A stretch of 64,000 bases of DNA, taken from positions 18,662,001 to 18,726,000 of the forward strand of contig OZ059894.1 in the NCBI GenBank assembly GCA_964057225.1, in the 5' to 3' direction. The stretch comes from Auanema rhodensis. Lineage: Eukaryota; Animalia; Nematoda. Positions within the stretch are counted from its first letter, which is position 1; the number at the start of each line of letters is the position of its first letter. The notes under the pieces were generated by a model. That model did no database searches, was not told the DNA's origin, and saw only the letters and a list, made by a program, of their open reading frames with translations. The position numbers were made by a program, and so were the translations under genes. Shown one piece after another: positions 39,313 through 54,900 of the stretch.

Positions 39313-42300
39313 TTTCCATGTACACTCAACATTGCTTCCAAAAACATTTTGACAAAAATTTTTTCGAAAAATTTCAAAATAATTTAGCAAAAAGTAGATG
39401 TTTTTAGATTCCTTTTTTCAAGGCAAAGACGATGGACAATGTTATTCAACGAAAAAATTAATTCTTCAGGGTGAAAATCGAGGATATGTGTGAACTTATA
39501 TCAGTTGATATCTCGGTGCATTTTTAAGCTAGCGCAAATCTGTTAACACAGATCAACGCAACTTAAAAATCCGCATCGAATGCACTATACTACATTGAGA
39601 AACGCTTAATACAAAAATTAGTTATGATCGTTTGAAAAATGATGCATTAGTGTATGTTGTGTTTCCATGTACACTCAACATTGCTTCCAAAAACATTTTG
39701 ACAAAAATTTTTTCGAAAAATTTCAAAATAATTTAGCAAAAAGTAGATGTTTTTAGATTCCTTTTTTTAAGGCAAAGACGATGCACAATGTTATTCAACG
39801 AAAAAATTAATTCTTCAGGTTGAAAATCGAGGATATAAGTGTGAACTTATATCAGTTGATATCTCGGTGCATTTTTAAGCTAGCGCAAATCTGATAACAC
39901 AGATCGACGCAGCTTAAAAATCCGCATCGAATGCATTATACTACATTGAGAAACGCTTAATACAAAAATTAGTTATGATCGTTTGAAAAATGATGCATTA
40001 GTGTATGTTGAGTTTCCATGTACACTCAACATTGCTTCCAAAAACATTTTGACAAAAATTTTTTCGAAAAATTTCAAAATAATTTAGCAAAAAGTAGATG
40101 TTTTTAGATTCCTTTTTTCAAGGCAAAGACGATGGACAATGTTATTCAACGAAAAAATTAATTCTTCAGGGTGAAAATCGAGGATATAAGTGTGAACTTA
40201 TATCAGTTGATATCTCGGTGCATTTTTAAGCTAGCGCAAATCTGTTAACACAGATCAACGCAACTTAAAAATCCGCATCGAATGCACTATACTACATTGA
40301 GAAACGCTTAATACAAAAATTAGTTATGATCGTTTGAAAAATGATGCATTAGTGTATGTTGAGTTTCCATGTACACTCAACATTGCTTCCAAAAACATTT
40401 TGACAAAAATTTTTTCGAAAAATTTCAAAATAATTTAGCGAAAAGTAGATGTTTTTAGATTCCTTTTTTCAAGGCAAAGACGATGGACAATGTTATTCAA
40501 CGACAAAAATAATTCTTCAGGGTGAAAATCGAGGATATAAGTGTGAACTTATATCAGTTGATATCTCGGTGCATTTTTAAGCTAGCGCAAATCTGATAAC
40601 ACAGATCGACGCAGCTTAAAAATCCGCATCGAATGCACTATACTACATTGAGAAACGCTTAATACAAAAATTAGTTATGATCGTTTGAAAAATGATGCAT
40701 TAGTGTATGTTGAGTTTCCATGTACACTCAACATTGCTTCCAAAAACATTTTGACAAAAATTTTTTCGAAAAATTTCAAAATAATTTAGCAAAAAGTAGA
40801 TGTTTTTAGATTCCTTTTTTCAAGGCAAAGACGATGGACAATGTTATTCAACGAAAAAATTAATTCTTCAGGGTGAAAATCGAGGATATAAGTGTGAACT
40901 TATATCAGTTGATATCTCGGTGCATTTTTAAGCTAGCGCAAATCTGATAACACAGATCGACGCAGCTTAAAAATCCGCATCGAATGCACTATACTACATT
41001 GAGAAACGCTTAATACAAAAATTAGTTATGATCGTTTGAAAAATGATGCATTAGTGTATGTTGAGTTTCCATGTACACTCAACATTGCTTCCAAAAACAT
41101 TTTGACAAAAATTTTTTTGAAAAATTTCAAAATAATTTAGCAAAAAGTAGATGTTTTTAGATTCCTTTTTTCAAGGCAAAAACGATGGACAATGTTATTC
41201 AACGAAAAATTTAATTCTTCAGGGTGAAAATTGAGGATATAAGTGTGAACTTATATCAGTTGATATCTCGGTGCATTTTTAAGCTAGCGCAAATCTGTTA
41301 ACACAGATCAACGCAGCTTAAAAATCCGCATCGAATGCACTATACTACATTGAGAAACGCTTAATACAAAAATTAGTTATGATCGTTTGAAAAATGATGC
41401 ATTAGTGTATGTTGAGTTTCCATGTACACTCAACATTGCTTCCAAAAACATTTTGACAAAAATTTTTTCGAAAAATTTCAAAATAATTTAGCAAAAAGTA
41501 GATGTTTTTAGATTCCTTTTTTCAAGGCAAAGACGATGGACAATGTTATTCAACGAAAAATTTAATTCTTCAGGGTGAAAATTGAGGATATAAGTGTGAA
41601 CTTATATCAGTTGATATCTCGGTGCATTTTTAAGCTAGCGCAAATCTGTTAACACAGATCAACGCAGCTTAAAAATCCGCATCGAATGCACTATACTACA
41701 TTGAGAAACGCTTAATACAAAAATTAGTTATGATCGTTTGAAAAATGATGCATTAGTGTATGTTGAGTTTCCATGTACACTCAACATTGCTTCCAAAAAC
41801 ATTTTGACAAAAATTTTTTCGAAAAATTTCAAAATAATTTAGCAAAAAGTAGATGTTTTTAGATTCCTTTTTTCAAGGCAAAGACGATGGACAATGTTAT
41901 TCAACGAAAAAATTAATTCTTCAGGGTGAAAATCGAGGATATGTGTGAACTTATATCAGTTGATATCTCGGTGCATTTTTAAGCTAGCGCAAATCTGTTA
42001 ACACAGATCAACGCAACTTAAAAATCCGCATCGAATGCACTATACTACATTGAGAAACGCTTAATACAAAAATTAGTTATGATCGTTTGAAAAATGATGC
42101 ATTAGTGTATGTTGTGTTTCCATGTACACTCAACATTGCTTCCAAAAACATTTTGACAAAAATTTTTTCGAAAAATTTCAAAATAATTTAGCAAAAAGTA
42201 GATGTTTTTAGATTCCTTTTTTTAAGGCAAAGACGATGCACAATGTTATTCAACGAAAAAATTAATTCTTCAGGTTGAAAATCGAGGATATAAGTGTGAA

Positions 42301-45300
42301 CTTATATCAGTTGATATCTCGGTGCATTTTTAAGCTAGCGCAAATCTGATAACACAGATCGACGCAGCTTAAAAATCCGCATCGAATGCACTATACTACA
42401 TTGAGAAACGCTTAATACAAAAATTAGTTATGATCGTTTGAAAAATGATGCATTAGTGTATGTTGTGTTTCCATGTACACTCAACATTGCTTCCAAAAAC
42501 ATTTTGACAAAAATTTTTTCGAAAAATTTCAAAATAATTTAGCAAAAAGTAGATGTTTTTAGATTCCTTTTTTTAAGGCAAAGACGATGCACAATGTTAT
42601 TCAACGAAAAAATTAATTCTTCAGGGTGAAAATCGAGGATATAAGTGTGAACTTATATCAGTTGATATCTCGGTGCATTTTTAAGCTAGCGCAAATCTGA
42701 TAACACAGATCGACGCAGCTTAAAAATTCGCATCGAATGCACTATACTACATTGAGAAACGCTTAATACAAAAATTAGTTATGATCGTTTGAAAAATGAT
42801 GCATTAGTGTATGTTGAGTTTCCATGTACACTCAACATTGCTTCCAAAAACATTTTGACAAAAATTTTTTCGAAAAATTTCAAAATAATTTAGCAAAAAG
42901 TAGATGTTTTTAGATTCCTTTTTTCAAGGCAAAGACGATGGACAATGTTATTCAACGAAAAAATTAATTCTTCAGGGTGAAAATCGAGGATATAAGTGTA
43001 AACTTATATCAGTTGATATCTCGGTGCATTTTTAAGCTAGCGCAAATCTGATAACACAGATCGACGCAGCTTAAAAATCCGCATCGAATGCACTATACTA
43101 CATTGAGAAACGCTTAATACAAAAATTAGTTATGATCGTTTGAAAAATGATGCATTAGTGTATGTTGTGTTTCCATGTACACTCAACATTGCTTCCAAAA
43201 ACATTTTGACAAAAATTTTTTCGAAAAATTTCAAAATAATTTAGCAAAAAGTAGATGTTTTTAGATTCCTTTTTTTAAGGCAAAGACGATGCACAATGTT
43301 ATTCAACGAAAAAATTAATTCTTCAGGTTGAAAATCGAGGATATAAGTGTGAACTTATATCAGTTGATATCTCGGTGCATTTTTAAGCTAGCGCAAATCT
43401 GATAACACAGATCGACGCAGCTTAAAAATCCGCATCGAATGCACTATACTACATTGAGAAACGCTTAATACAAAAATTAGTTATGATCGTTTGAAAAATG
43501 ATGCATTAGTGTATGTTGTGTTTCCATGTACACTCAACATTGCTTCCAAAAACATTTTGACAAAAATTTTTTCGAAAAATTTCAAAATAATTTAGCAAAA
43601 AGTAGATGTTTTTAGATTCCTTTTTTTAAGGCAAAGACGATGCACAATGTTATTCAACGAAAAAATTAATTCTTCAGGGTGAAAATCGAGGATATAAGTG
43701 TGAACTTATATCAGTTGATATCTCGGTGCATTTTTAAGCTAGCGCAAATCTGATAACACAGATCGACGCAGCTTAAAAATTCGCATCGAATGCACTATAC
43801 TACATTGAGAAACGCTTAATACAAAAATTAGTTATGATCGTTTGAAAAATGATGCATTAGTGTATGTTGAGTTTCCATGTACACTCAACATTGCTTCCAA
43901 AAACATTTTGACAAAAATTTTTTCGAAAAATTTCAAAATAATTTAGCAAAAAGTAGATGTTTTTAGATTCCTTTTTTCAAGGCAAAGACGATGGACAATG
44001 TTATTCAACGAAAAAATTAATTCTTCAGGGTGAAAATCGAGGATATAAGTGTAAACTTATATCAGTTGATATCTCGGTGCATTTTTAAGCTAGCGCAAAT
44101 CTGATAACACAGATCGACGCAGCTTAAAAATCCGCATCGAATGCACTATACTACATTGAGAAACGCTTAATACAAAAATTAGTTATGATCGTTTGAAAAA
44201 TGATGCATTAGTGTATGTTGAGTTTCCATGTACACTCAACATTGCTTCCAAAAACATTTTGACAAAAATTTTTTCGAAAAATTTCAAAATAATTTAGCAA
44301 AAAGTAGATGTTTTTAGATTCCTTTTTTCAAGGCAAAGACGATGAACAATGTTATTCAACGAAAAAATTAATTCTTCAGGGTGAAAATCGAGGATATAAG
44401 TGTGAACTTATATCAGTTGATATCTCGGTGCATTTTTAAGCTAGCGCAAATCTGATAACACAGATCGACGCAGCTTAAAAATCCGCATCGAATGCACTAT
44501 ACTACATTGAGAAACGCTTAATACAAAAATTAGTTATGATCGTTTGAAAAATGATGCATTAGTGTATGTTGAGTTTCCATGTACACTCAACATTGCTTCC
44601 AAAAACATTTTGACAAAAATTTTTTCGAAAAATTTCAAAATAATTTAGCAAAAAGTAGATGTTTTTAGATTCCTTTTTTCAAGGCAAAGACGATGGACAA
44701 TGTTATTCAACGAAAAAATTAATTCTTCAGGGTGAAAATCGAGGATATGTGTGAACTTATATCAGTTGATATCTCGGTGCATTTTTAAGCTAGCGCAAAT
44801 CTGTTAACACAGATCAACGCAACTTAAAAATCCGCATCGAATGCACTATACTACATTGAGAAACGCTTAATACAAAAATTAGTTATGATCGTTTGAAAAA
44901 TGATGCATTAGTGTATGTTGTGTTTCCATGTACACTCAACATTGCTTCCAAAAACATTTTGACAAAAATTTTTTCGAAAAATTTCAAAATAATTTAGCAA
45001 AAAGTAGATGTTTTTAGATTCCTTTTTTTAAGGCAAAGACGATGCACAATGTTATTCAACGAAAAAATTAATTCTTCAGGTTGAAAATCGAGGATATAAG
45101 TGTGAACTTATATCAGTTGATATCTCGGTGCATTTTTAAGCTAGCGCAAATCTGATAACACAGATCGACGCAGCTTAAAAATCCGCATCGAATGCATTAT
45201 ACTACATTGAGAAACGCTTAATACAAAAATTAGTTATGATCGTTTGAAAAATGATGCATTAGTGTATGTTGAGTTTCCATGTACACTCAACATTGCTTCC

Positions 45301-48300
45301 AAAAACATTTTGACAAAAATTTTTTTGAAAAATTTCAAAATAATTTAGCAAAAAGTAGATGTTTTTAGATTCCTTTTTTCAAGGCAAAAACGATGGACAA
45401 TGTTATTCAACGAAAAATTTAATTCTTCAGGGTGAAAATTGAGGATATAAGTGTGAACTTATATCAGTTGATATCTCGGTGCATTTTTAAGCTAGCGCAA
45501 ATCTGTTAACACAGATCAACGCAGCTTAAAAATCCGCATCGAATGCACTATACTACATTGAGAAACGCTTAATACAAAAATTAGTTATGATCGTTTGAAA
45601 AATGATGCATTAGTGTATGTTGAGTTTCCATGTACACTCAACATTGCTTCCAAAAACATTTTGACAAAAATTTTTTCGAAAAATTTCAAAATAATTTAGC
45701 AAAAAGTAGATGTTTTTAGATTCCTTTTTTCAAGGCAAAGACGATGGACAATGTTATTCAACGAAAAATTTAATTCTTCAGGGTGAAAATTGAGGATATA
45801 AGTGTGAACTTATATCAGTTGATATCTCGGTGCATTTTTAAGCTAGCGCAAATCTGTTAACACAGATCAACGCAGCTTAAAAATCCGCATCGAATGCACT
45901 ATACTACATTGAGAAACGCTTAATACAAAAATTAGTTATGATCGTTTGAAAAATGATGCATTAGTGTATGTTGAGTTTCCATGTACACTCAACATTGCTT
46001 CCAAAAACATTTTGACAAAAATTTTTTCGAAAAATTTCAAAATAATTTAGCAAAAAGTAGATGTTTTTAGATTCCTTTTTTCAAGGCAAAGACGATGGAC
46101 AATGTTATTCAACGAAAAAATTAATTCTTCAGGGTGAAAATCGAGGATATGTGTGAACTTATATCAGTTGATATCTCGGTGCATTTTTAAGCTAGCGCAA
46201 ATCTGTTAACACAGATCAACGCAACTTAAAAATCCGCATCGAATGCACTATACTACATTGAGAAACGCTTAATACAAAAATTAGTTATGATCGTTTGAAA
46301 AATGATGCATTAGTGTATGTTGTGTTTCCATGTACACTCAACATTGCTTCCAAAAACATTTTGACAAAAATTTTTTCGAAAAATTTCAAAATAATTTAGC
46401 AAAAAGTAGATGTTTTTAGATTCCTTTTTTTAAGGCAAAGACGATGCACAATGTTATTCAACGAAAAAATTAATTCTTCAGGTTGAAAATCGAGGATATA
46501 AGTGTGAACTTATATCAGTTGATATCTCGGTGCATTTTTAAGCTAGCGCAAATCTGATAACACAGATCGACGCAGCTTAAAAATCCGCATCGAATGCACT
46601 ATACTACATTGAGAAACGCTTAATACAAAAATTAGTTATGATCGTTTGAAAAATGATGCATTAGTGTATGTTGTGTTTCCATGTACACTCAACATTGCTT
46701 CCAAAAACATTTTGACAAAAATTTTTTCGAAAAATTGCAAAATAATTTAGCAAAAAGTAGATGTTTTTAGATTCCTTTTTTTAAGGCAAAGACGATGCAC
46801 AATGTTATTCAACGAAAAAATTAATTCTTCAGGGTGAAAATCGAGGATATAAGTGTGAACTTATATCAGTTGATATCTCGGTGCATTTTTAAGCTAGCGC
46901 AAATCTGATAACACAGATCGACGCAGCTTAAAAATCCGCATCGAATGCACTATACTATATTGAGAAACGCTTAATACAAAAATTAGTTATGATCGTTTGA
47001 AAAATGATGCATTAGTTTATGTTGAGTTTCCATGTACACTCAACATTGCTTCCAAAAACATTTTGACAAAAAGTTTTTCGAAAAATTTCAAAATAATTTA
47101 GCAAAAAGTAGATGTTTTTAGATTCCTTTTTTCAAGGCAAAGACGATGGACAATGTTATTCAACGAAAAAATTAATTCTTCAGGGTGAAAATCGAGGATA
47201 TAAGTGTGAACTTATATCAGTTGATATCTCGGTGCCTTTTTAAGCTAGCGCAAATCTGATAACACAGATCGACGCAGCTTAAAAATTCGCATCGAATGCA
47301 CTATACTACATTGAGAAACGCTTAATACAAAAATTAGTTATGATCGTTTGAAAAATGATGCATTAGTGTATGTTGAGTTTCCATGTACACTCAACATTGC
47401 TTCCAAAAACATTTTGACAAAAATTTTTTCGAAAAATTTCAAAATAATTTAGCAAAAAGTAGATGTTTTCAGATTCCTTTTTTCAAGGCAAAAACGATGG
47501 ACAATGTTATTCAACGAGAAATTTAATTCTTCAGGGTGAAAATTGAGGATATAAGTGTGAACTTATATCAGTTGATATCTCGGTGCATTTTTAAGCTAGC
47601 GCAAATCTGTTAACACAGATCAACGCAACTTAAAAATCCGCATCGAATGCACTATACTACATTGAGAAACGCTTAATACAAAAATTAGTTATGATCGTTT
47701 GAAAAATGATGCATTAGTGTATGTTGAGTTTCCATGTACACTCAACATTGCTTCCAAAAACATTTTGACAAAAATTTTTTCGAAAAATTTCAAAATAATT
47801 TAGCAAAAAGTAGATGTTTTTAGATTCCTTTTTTCAAGGCAAAGACGATGGACAATGTTATTCAACGAAAAAATTAATTCTTCAGGGTGAAAATCGAGGA
47901 TATAAGTGTGAACTTATATCAGTTGATATCTCGGTGCATTTTTAAGCTAGCGCAAATCTGATAACACAGATCGACGCAGCTTAAAAATCCGCATCGAATG
48001 CACTATACTACATTGAGAAACGCTTAATACAAAAATTAGTTATGATCGTTTGAAAAATGATGCATTAGTGTATGTTGAGTTTCCATGTACACTCAACATT
48101 GCTTCCAAAAACATTTTGACAAAAATTTTTTCGAAAAATTTCAAAATAATTTAGCAAAAAGTAGATGTTTTTAGATTCCTTTTTTCAAGGCAAAGACGAT
48201 GGACAATGTTATTCAACGAAAAAATTAATTCTTCAGGGTGAAAATCGAGGATATAAGTGTGAACTTATATCAGTTGATATCTCGGTGCATTTTTAAGCTA

Positions 48301-51300
48301 GCGCAAATCTGATAACACAGATCGACGCAGCTTAAAAATCCGCATCGAATGCACTATACTACATTGAGAAACGCTTAATACAAAAATTAGTTATGATCGT
48401 TTGAAAAATGATGCATTAGTGTATGTTGAGTTTCCATGTACACTCAACATTGCTTCCAAAAACATTTTGACAAAAATTTTTTCGAAAAATTTCAAAATAA
48501 TTTAGCGAAAAGTAGATGTTTTTAGATTCCTTTTTTCAAGGCAAAGACGATGGACAATGTTATTCAACGACAAAAATAATTCTTCAGGGTGAAAATCGAG
48601 GATATAAGTGTGAACTTATATCAGTTGATATCTCGGTGCATTTTTAAGCTAGCGCAAATCTGATAACACAGATCGACGCAGCTTAAAAATCCGCATCGAA
48701 TGCACTATACTACATTGAGAAACGCTTAATACAAAAATTAGTTATGATCGTTTGAAAAATGATGCATTAGTGTATGTTGAGTTTCCATGTACACTCAACA
48801 TTGCTTCCAAAAACATTTTGACAAAAATTTTTTCGAAAAATTTCAAAATAATTTAGCGAAAAGTAGATGTTTTTAGATTCCTTTTTTCAAGGCAAAGACG
48901 ATGGACAATGTTATTCAACGACAAAAATAATTCTTCAGGGTGAAAATCGAGGATATAAGTGTGAACTTATATCAGTTGATATCTCGGTGCATTTTTAAGC
49001 TAGCGCAAATCTGATAACACAGATCGACGCAGCTTAAAAATCCGCATCGAATGCACTATACTACATTGAGAAACGCTTAATACAAAAATTAGTTATGATC
49101 GTTTGAAAAATGATGCATTAGTGTATGTTGAGTTTCCATGTACACTCAACATTGCTTCCAAAAACATTTTGACAAAAATTTTTTCGAAAAATTTCAAAAT
49201 AATTTAGCAAAAAGTAGATGTTTTTAGATTCCTTTTTTCAAGGCAAAAACGATGGACAATGTTATTCAACGAAAAATTTATTTCTTCAGGGTGAAAATTG
49301 AGGATATAAGTGTGAACTTATATCAGTTGATATCTCGGTGCATTTTTAAGCTAGCGCAAATCTGTTAACACAGATCAACGCAGCTTAAAAATCCGCATCG
49401 AATGCATTATACTACATTGAGAAACGCTTAATACAAAAATTAGTTATGATCGTTTGAAAAATGATGCATTAGTGTATGTTGAGTTTCCATGTACACTCAA
49501 CATTGCTTCCAAAAACATTTTGACAAAAATTTTTTCGAAAAATTTCAAAATAATTTAGCAAAAAGTAGATGTTTTTAGATTCCTTTTTTCAAGGCAAAGA
49601 CGATGGACAATGTTATTCAACGAAAAAATTAATTCTTCAGGGTGAAAATCGAGGATATAAGTGTGAACTTATATCAGTTGATATCTCGGTGCATTTTTAA
49701 GCTAGCGCAAATCTGATAACACAGATCGACGCAGCTTAAAAATCCGCATCGAATGCACTATACTACATTGAGAAACGCTTAATACAAAAATTAGTTATGA
49801 TCGTTTGAAAAATGATGCATTAGTGTATGTTGAGTTTCCATGTACACTCAACATTGCTTCCAAAAACATTTTGACAAAAATTTTTTCGAAAAATTTCAAA
49901 ATAATTTAGCAAAAAGTAGATGTTTTTAGATTCCTTTTTTCAAGGCAAAGACGATGGACAATGTTATTCAACGAAAAAATTAATTCTTCAGGGTGAAAAT
50001 CGAGGATATAAGTGTGAACTTATATCAGTTGATATCTCGGTGCATTTTTAAGCTAGCGCAAATCTGATAACACAGATCGACGCAGCTCAAAAATCCGCAT
50101 CGAATGCACTATACTACATTGAGAAACGCTTAATACAAAAATTAGTTATGATCGTTTGAAAAATGATGCATTAGTGTATGTTGAGTTTCCATGTACACTC
50201 AACATTGCTTCCAAAAACATTTTGACAAAAATTTTTTCGAAAAATTTCAAAATAATTTAGCAAAAAGTAGATGTTTTTAGATTCCTTTTTCAAGGCAAAG
50301 ACGATGGACAATGTTATTCAACGAAAAAATTAATTCTTCAGGGTGAAAATCGAGGATACAAGTGTGAACTTATATCAGTTGATATCTCGGTGCATTTTTA
50401 AGCTAGCGCAAATCTGATAACACAGATCGACGCAGCTTAAAAATCCGCATCGAATGCACTATACTACATTGAGAAACGCTTAATACAAAAATTAGTTATG
50501 ATCGTTTGAAAAATGATGCATTAGTGTATGTTGAGTTTCCATGTACACTCAACATTGCTTCCAAAAACATTTTGACAAAAATTTTTTTGAAAAATTTCAA
50601 AATAATTTAGCAAAAAGTAGATGTTTTTAGATTCCTTTTTTCAAGGCAAAAACGATGGACAATGTTATTCAACGAAAAATTTAATTCTTCAGGGTGAAAA
50701 TTGAGGATATAAGTGTGAACTTATATCAGTTGATATCTCGGTGCATTTTTAAGCTAGCGCAAATCTGTTAACACAGATCAACGCAGCTTAAAAATCCGCA
50801 TCGAATGCACTATACTACATTGAGAAACGCTTAATACAAAAATTAGTTATGATCGTTTGAAAAATGATGCATTAGTGTATGTTGAGTTTCCATGTACACT
50901 CAACATTGCTTCCAAAAACATTTTGACAAAAATTTTTTCGAAAAATTTCAAAATAATTTAGCAAAAAGTAGATGTTTTTAGATTCCTTTTTTCAAGGCAA
51001 AGACGATGGACAATGTTATTCAACGAAAAAATTAATTCTTCAGGGTGAAAATCGAGGATATAAGTGTGAACTTATATCAGTTGATATCTCGGTGCATTTT
51101 TAAGCTAGCGCAAATCTGATAACACAGATCGACGCAGCTCAAAAATCCGCATCGAATGCACTATACTACATTGAGAAACGCTTAATACAAAAATTAGTTA
51201 TGATCGTTTGAAAAATGATGCATTAGTGTATGTTGAGTTTCCATGTACACTCAACATTGCTTCCAAAAACATTTTGACAAAAATTTTTTCGAAAAATTTC

Positions 51301-51938
51301 AAAATAATTTAGCAAAAAGTAGATGTTTTTAGATTCCTTTTTCAAGGCAAAGACGATGGACAATGTTATTCAACGAAAAAATTAATTCTTCAGGGTGAAA
51401 ATCGAGGATATAAGTGTGAACTTATATCAGTTGATATCTCGGTGCATTTTTAAGCTAGCGCAAATCTGATAACACAGATCGACGCAGCTTAAAAATCCGC
51501 ATCGAATGCACTATACTACATTGAGAAACGCTTAATACAAAAATTAGTTATGATCGTTTGAAAAATGATGCATTAGTGTATGTTGAGTTTCCATGTACAC
51601 TCAACATTGCTTCCAAAAACATTTTGACAAAAATTTTTTTGAAAAATTTCAAAATAATTTAGCAAAAAGTAGATGTTTTTAGATTCCTTTTTTCAAGGCA
51701 AAAACGATGGACAATGTTATTCAACGAAAAATTTAATTCTTCAGGGTGAAAATTGAGGATATAAGTGTGAACTTATATCAGTTGATATCTCGGTGCATGT
51801 TTAAGCTAGCGCAAATCTGTTAACACAGATCAACGCAGCTTAAACATCCGCATCGAATGCACTATACTACATTGAGAAACGCTTAATACAAAAATTAGTT
51901 ATGATCGTTTGAAAAATGATGCATTAGTGTATGTTGAG
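39313..51938. repeat. Haplotype domain 3 (M113-148), most heterogeneous, contains all six indels
   Basis: del176-177, T-run deletion, C53T, A77G, A141C, A145T, G159T, C167T, A233T, G245A, G251A. Domain-2 markers persist until about M134. Confidence 0.8.
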
Positions 51939-54900
51939 TTTCCATGTACACTCAACATTGCTTCCAAAAACATTTTGACAAAAATTTTTTCGAAAAATTT
52001 CAAAATAATTTAGCAAAAAGTAGATGTTTTTAGATTCCTTTTTTCAAGGCAAAGACGATGGACAATGTTATTCAACGAAAAAAATAATTCTTCAGGGTGA
52101 AAATCGAGGATATAAGTGTGAACATATATCAGTTGATATCTCGGTGCATTTTTAAGCTAGCGCAAATCTGATAACACAGATCGACGCAGCTTAAAAATCC
52201 GCATCGAATGCACTATACTACATTGAGAAACGCTCAATACAAAAATTAGTTATGATCGTTTGAAAAATGATGCATTAGTGTATGTTGAGTTTCCATGTAC
52301 ACTCAACATTGCTTCCAAAAACATTTTGACAAAAATTTTTTCGAAAAATTTCAAAATAATTTAGCAAAAAGTAGATGTTTTTAGATTCCTTTTTTCAAGG
52401 CAAAGACGATGGACAATGTTATTCAACGAAAAAATTAATTCTTCAGGGTGAAAATCGAGGATATAAGTGTGAACTTATATCAGTTGATATCTCGGTGCAT
52501 TTTTAAGCTAGCGCAAATCTGATAACACAGATCGACGCAGCTCAAAAATCCGCATCGAATGCACTATACTACATTGAGAAACGCTTAATACAAAAATTAG
52601 TTATGATCGTTTGAAAAATGATGCATTAGTGTATGTTGAGTTTCCATGTACACTCAACATTGCTTCCAAAAACATTTTGACAAAAATTTTTTCGAAAAAT
52701 TTCAAAATAATTTAGCAAAAAGTAGATGTTTTTAGATTCCTTTTTTCAAGGCAAAGACGATGGACAATGTTATTCAACGAAAAAAATAATTCTTCAGGGT
52801 GAAAATCGAGGATATAAGTGTGAACATATATCAGTTGATATCTCGGTGCATTTTTAAGCTAGCGCAAATCTGATAACACAGATCGACGCAGCTTAAAAAT
52901 CCGCATCGAATGCACTATACTACATTGAGAAACGCTCAATACAAAAATTAGTTATGATCGTTTGAAAAATGATGCATTAGTGTATGTTGAGTTTCCATGT
53001 ACACTCAACATTGCTTCCAAAAACATTTTGACAAAAATTTTTTCGAAAAATTTCAAAATAATTTAGCAAAAAGTAGATGTTTTTAGATTCCTTTTTTCAA
53101 GGCAAAGACGATGGACAATGTTATTCAACGAAAAAATTAATTCTTCAGGGTGAAAATCGAGGATATAAGTGTGAACTTATATCAGTTGATATCTCGGTGC
53201 ATTTTTAAGCTAGCGCAAATCTGATAACACAGATCGACGCAGCTCAAAAATCCGCATCGAATGCACTATACTACATTGAGAAACGCTTAATACAAAAATT
53301 AGTTATGATCGTTTGAAAAATGATGCATTAGTGTATGTTGAGTTTCCATGTACACTCAACATTGCTTCCAAAAACATTTTGACAAAAATTTTTTCGAAAA
53401 ATTTCAAAATAATTTAGCAAAAAGTAGATGTTTTTAGATTCCTTTTTTCAAGGCAAAGACGATGGACAATGTTATTCAACGAAAAAATTAATTCTTCAGG
53501 GTGAAAATCGAGGATATAAGTGTGAACTTATATCAGTTGATATCTCGGTGCATTTTTAAGCTAGCGCAAATCTGATAACACAGATCGACGCAGCTCAAAA
53601 ATCCGCATCGAATGCACTATACTACATTGAGAAACGCTTAATACAAAAATTAGTTATGATCGTTTGAAAAATGATGCATTAGTGTATGTTGAGTTTCCAT
53701 GTACACTCAACATTGCTTCCAAAAACATTTTGACAAAACTTTTTTCGAAAAATTTCAAAATAATTTAGCAAAAAGTAGATGTTTTTAGATTCCTTTTTTC
53801 AAGGCAAAGACGATGGACAATGTTATTCAACGAAAAAATTAATTCTTCAGGGTGAAAATCGAGGATATAAGTGTGAACTTATATCAGTTGATATCTCGGT
53901 GCATTTTTAAGCTAGCGCAAATCTGATAACACAGATCGACGCAGCTTAAAAATCCGCATCGAATGCACTATACTACATTGAGAAACGCTTAATACAAAAA
54001 TTAGTTATGATCGTTTGAAAAATGATGCATTAGTGTATGTTGAGTTTCCATGTACACTCAACATTGCTTCCAAAAACATTTTGACAAAAATTTTTTCGAA
54101 AAATTTCAAAATAATTTAGCAAAAAGTAGATGTTTTTAGATTCCTTTTTTCAAGGCAAAGACGATGGACAATGTTATTCAACGAAAAAATTGATTCTTCA
54201 GGGTGAAAATCGAGGATATAAGTGTGAACTTATATCAGTTGATATCTCGGTGCATTTTTAAGCTAGCGCAAATCTGATAACACAGATCGACGCAGCTTAA
54301 AAATCCGCATCGAATGCACTATACTACATTGAGAAACGCTTAATACAAAAATTAGTTATGATCGTTTGAAAAATGATGCATTAGTGTATGTTGAGTTTCC
54401 ATGTACACTCAACATTGCTTCCAAAAACATTTTGACAAAAATTTTTTCGAAAAATTTCAAAATAATTTAGCAAAAAGTAGATGTTTTTAGATTCCTTTTT
54501 TCAAGGCAAAGACGATGGACAATGTTATTCAACGAAAAAATTAATTCTTCAGGGTGAAAATCGAGGATATAAGTGTGAACTTATATCAGTTGATATCTCG
54601 GTGCATTTTTAAGCTAGCGCAAATCTGATAACACAGATCGACGCAGCTTAAAAATCCGCATCGAATGCACTATACTACATTGAGAAACGCTTAATACAAA
54701 AATTAGTTATGATCGTTTGAAAAATGATGCATTAGTGTATGTTGAGTTTCCATGTACACTCAACATTGCTTCCAAAAACATTTTGACAAAAATTTTTTCG
54801 AAAAATTTCAAAATAATTTAGCAAAAAGTAGATGTTTTTAGATTCCTTTTTTCAAGGCAAAGACGATGGACAATGTTATTCAACGAAAAAAATAATTCTT

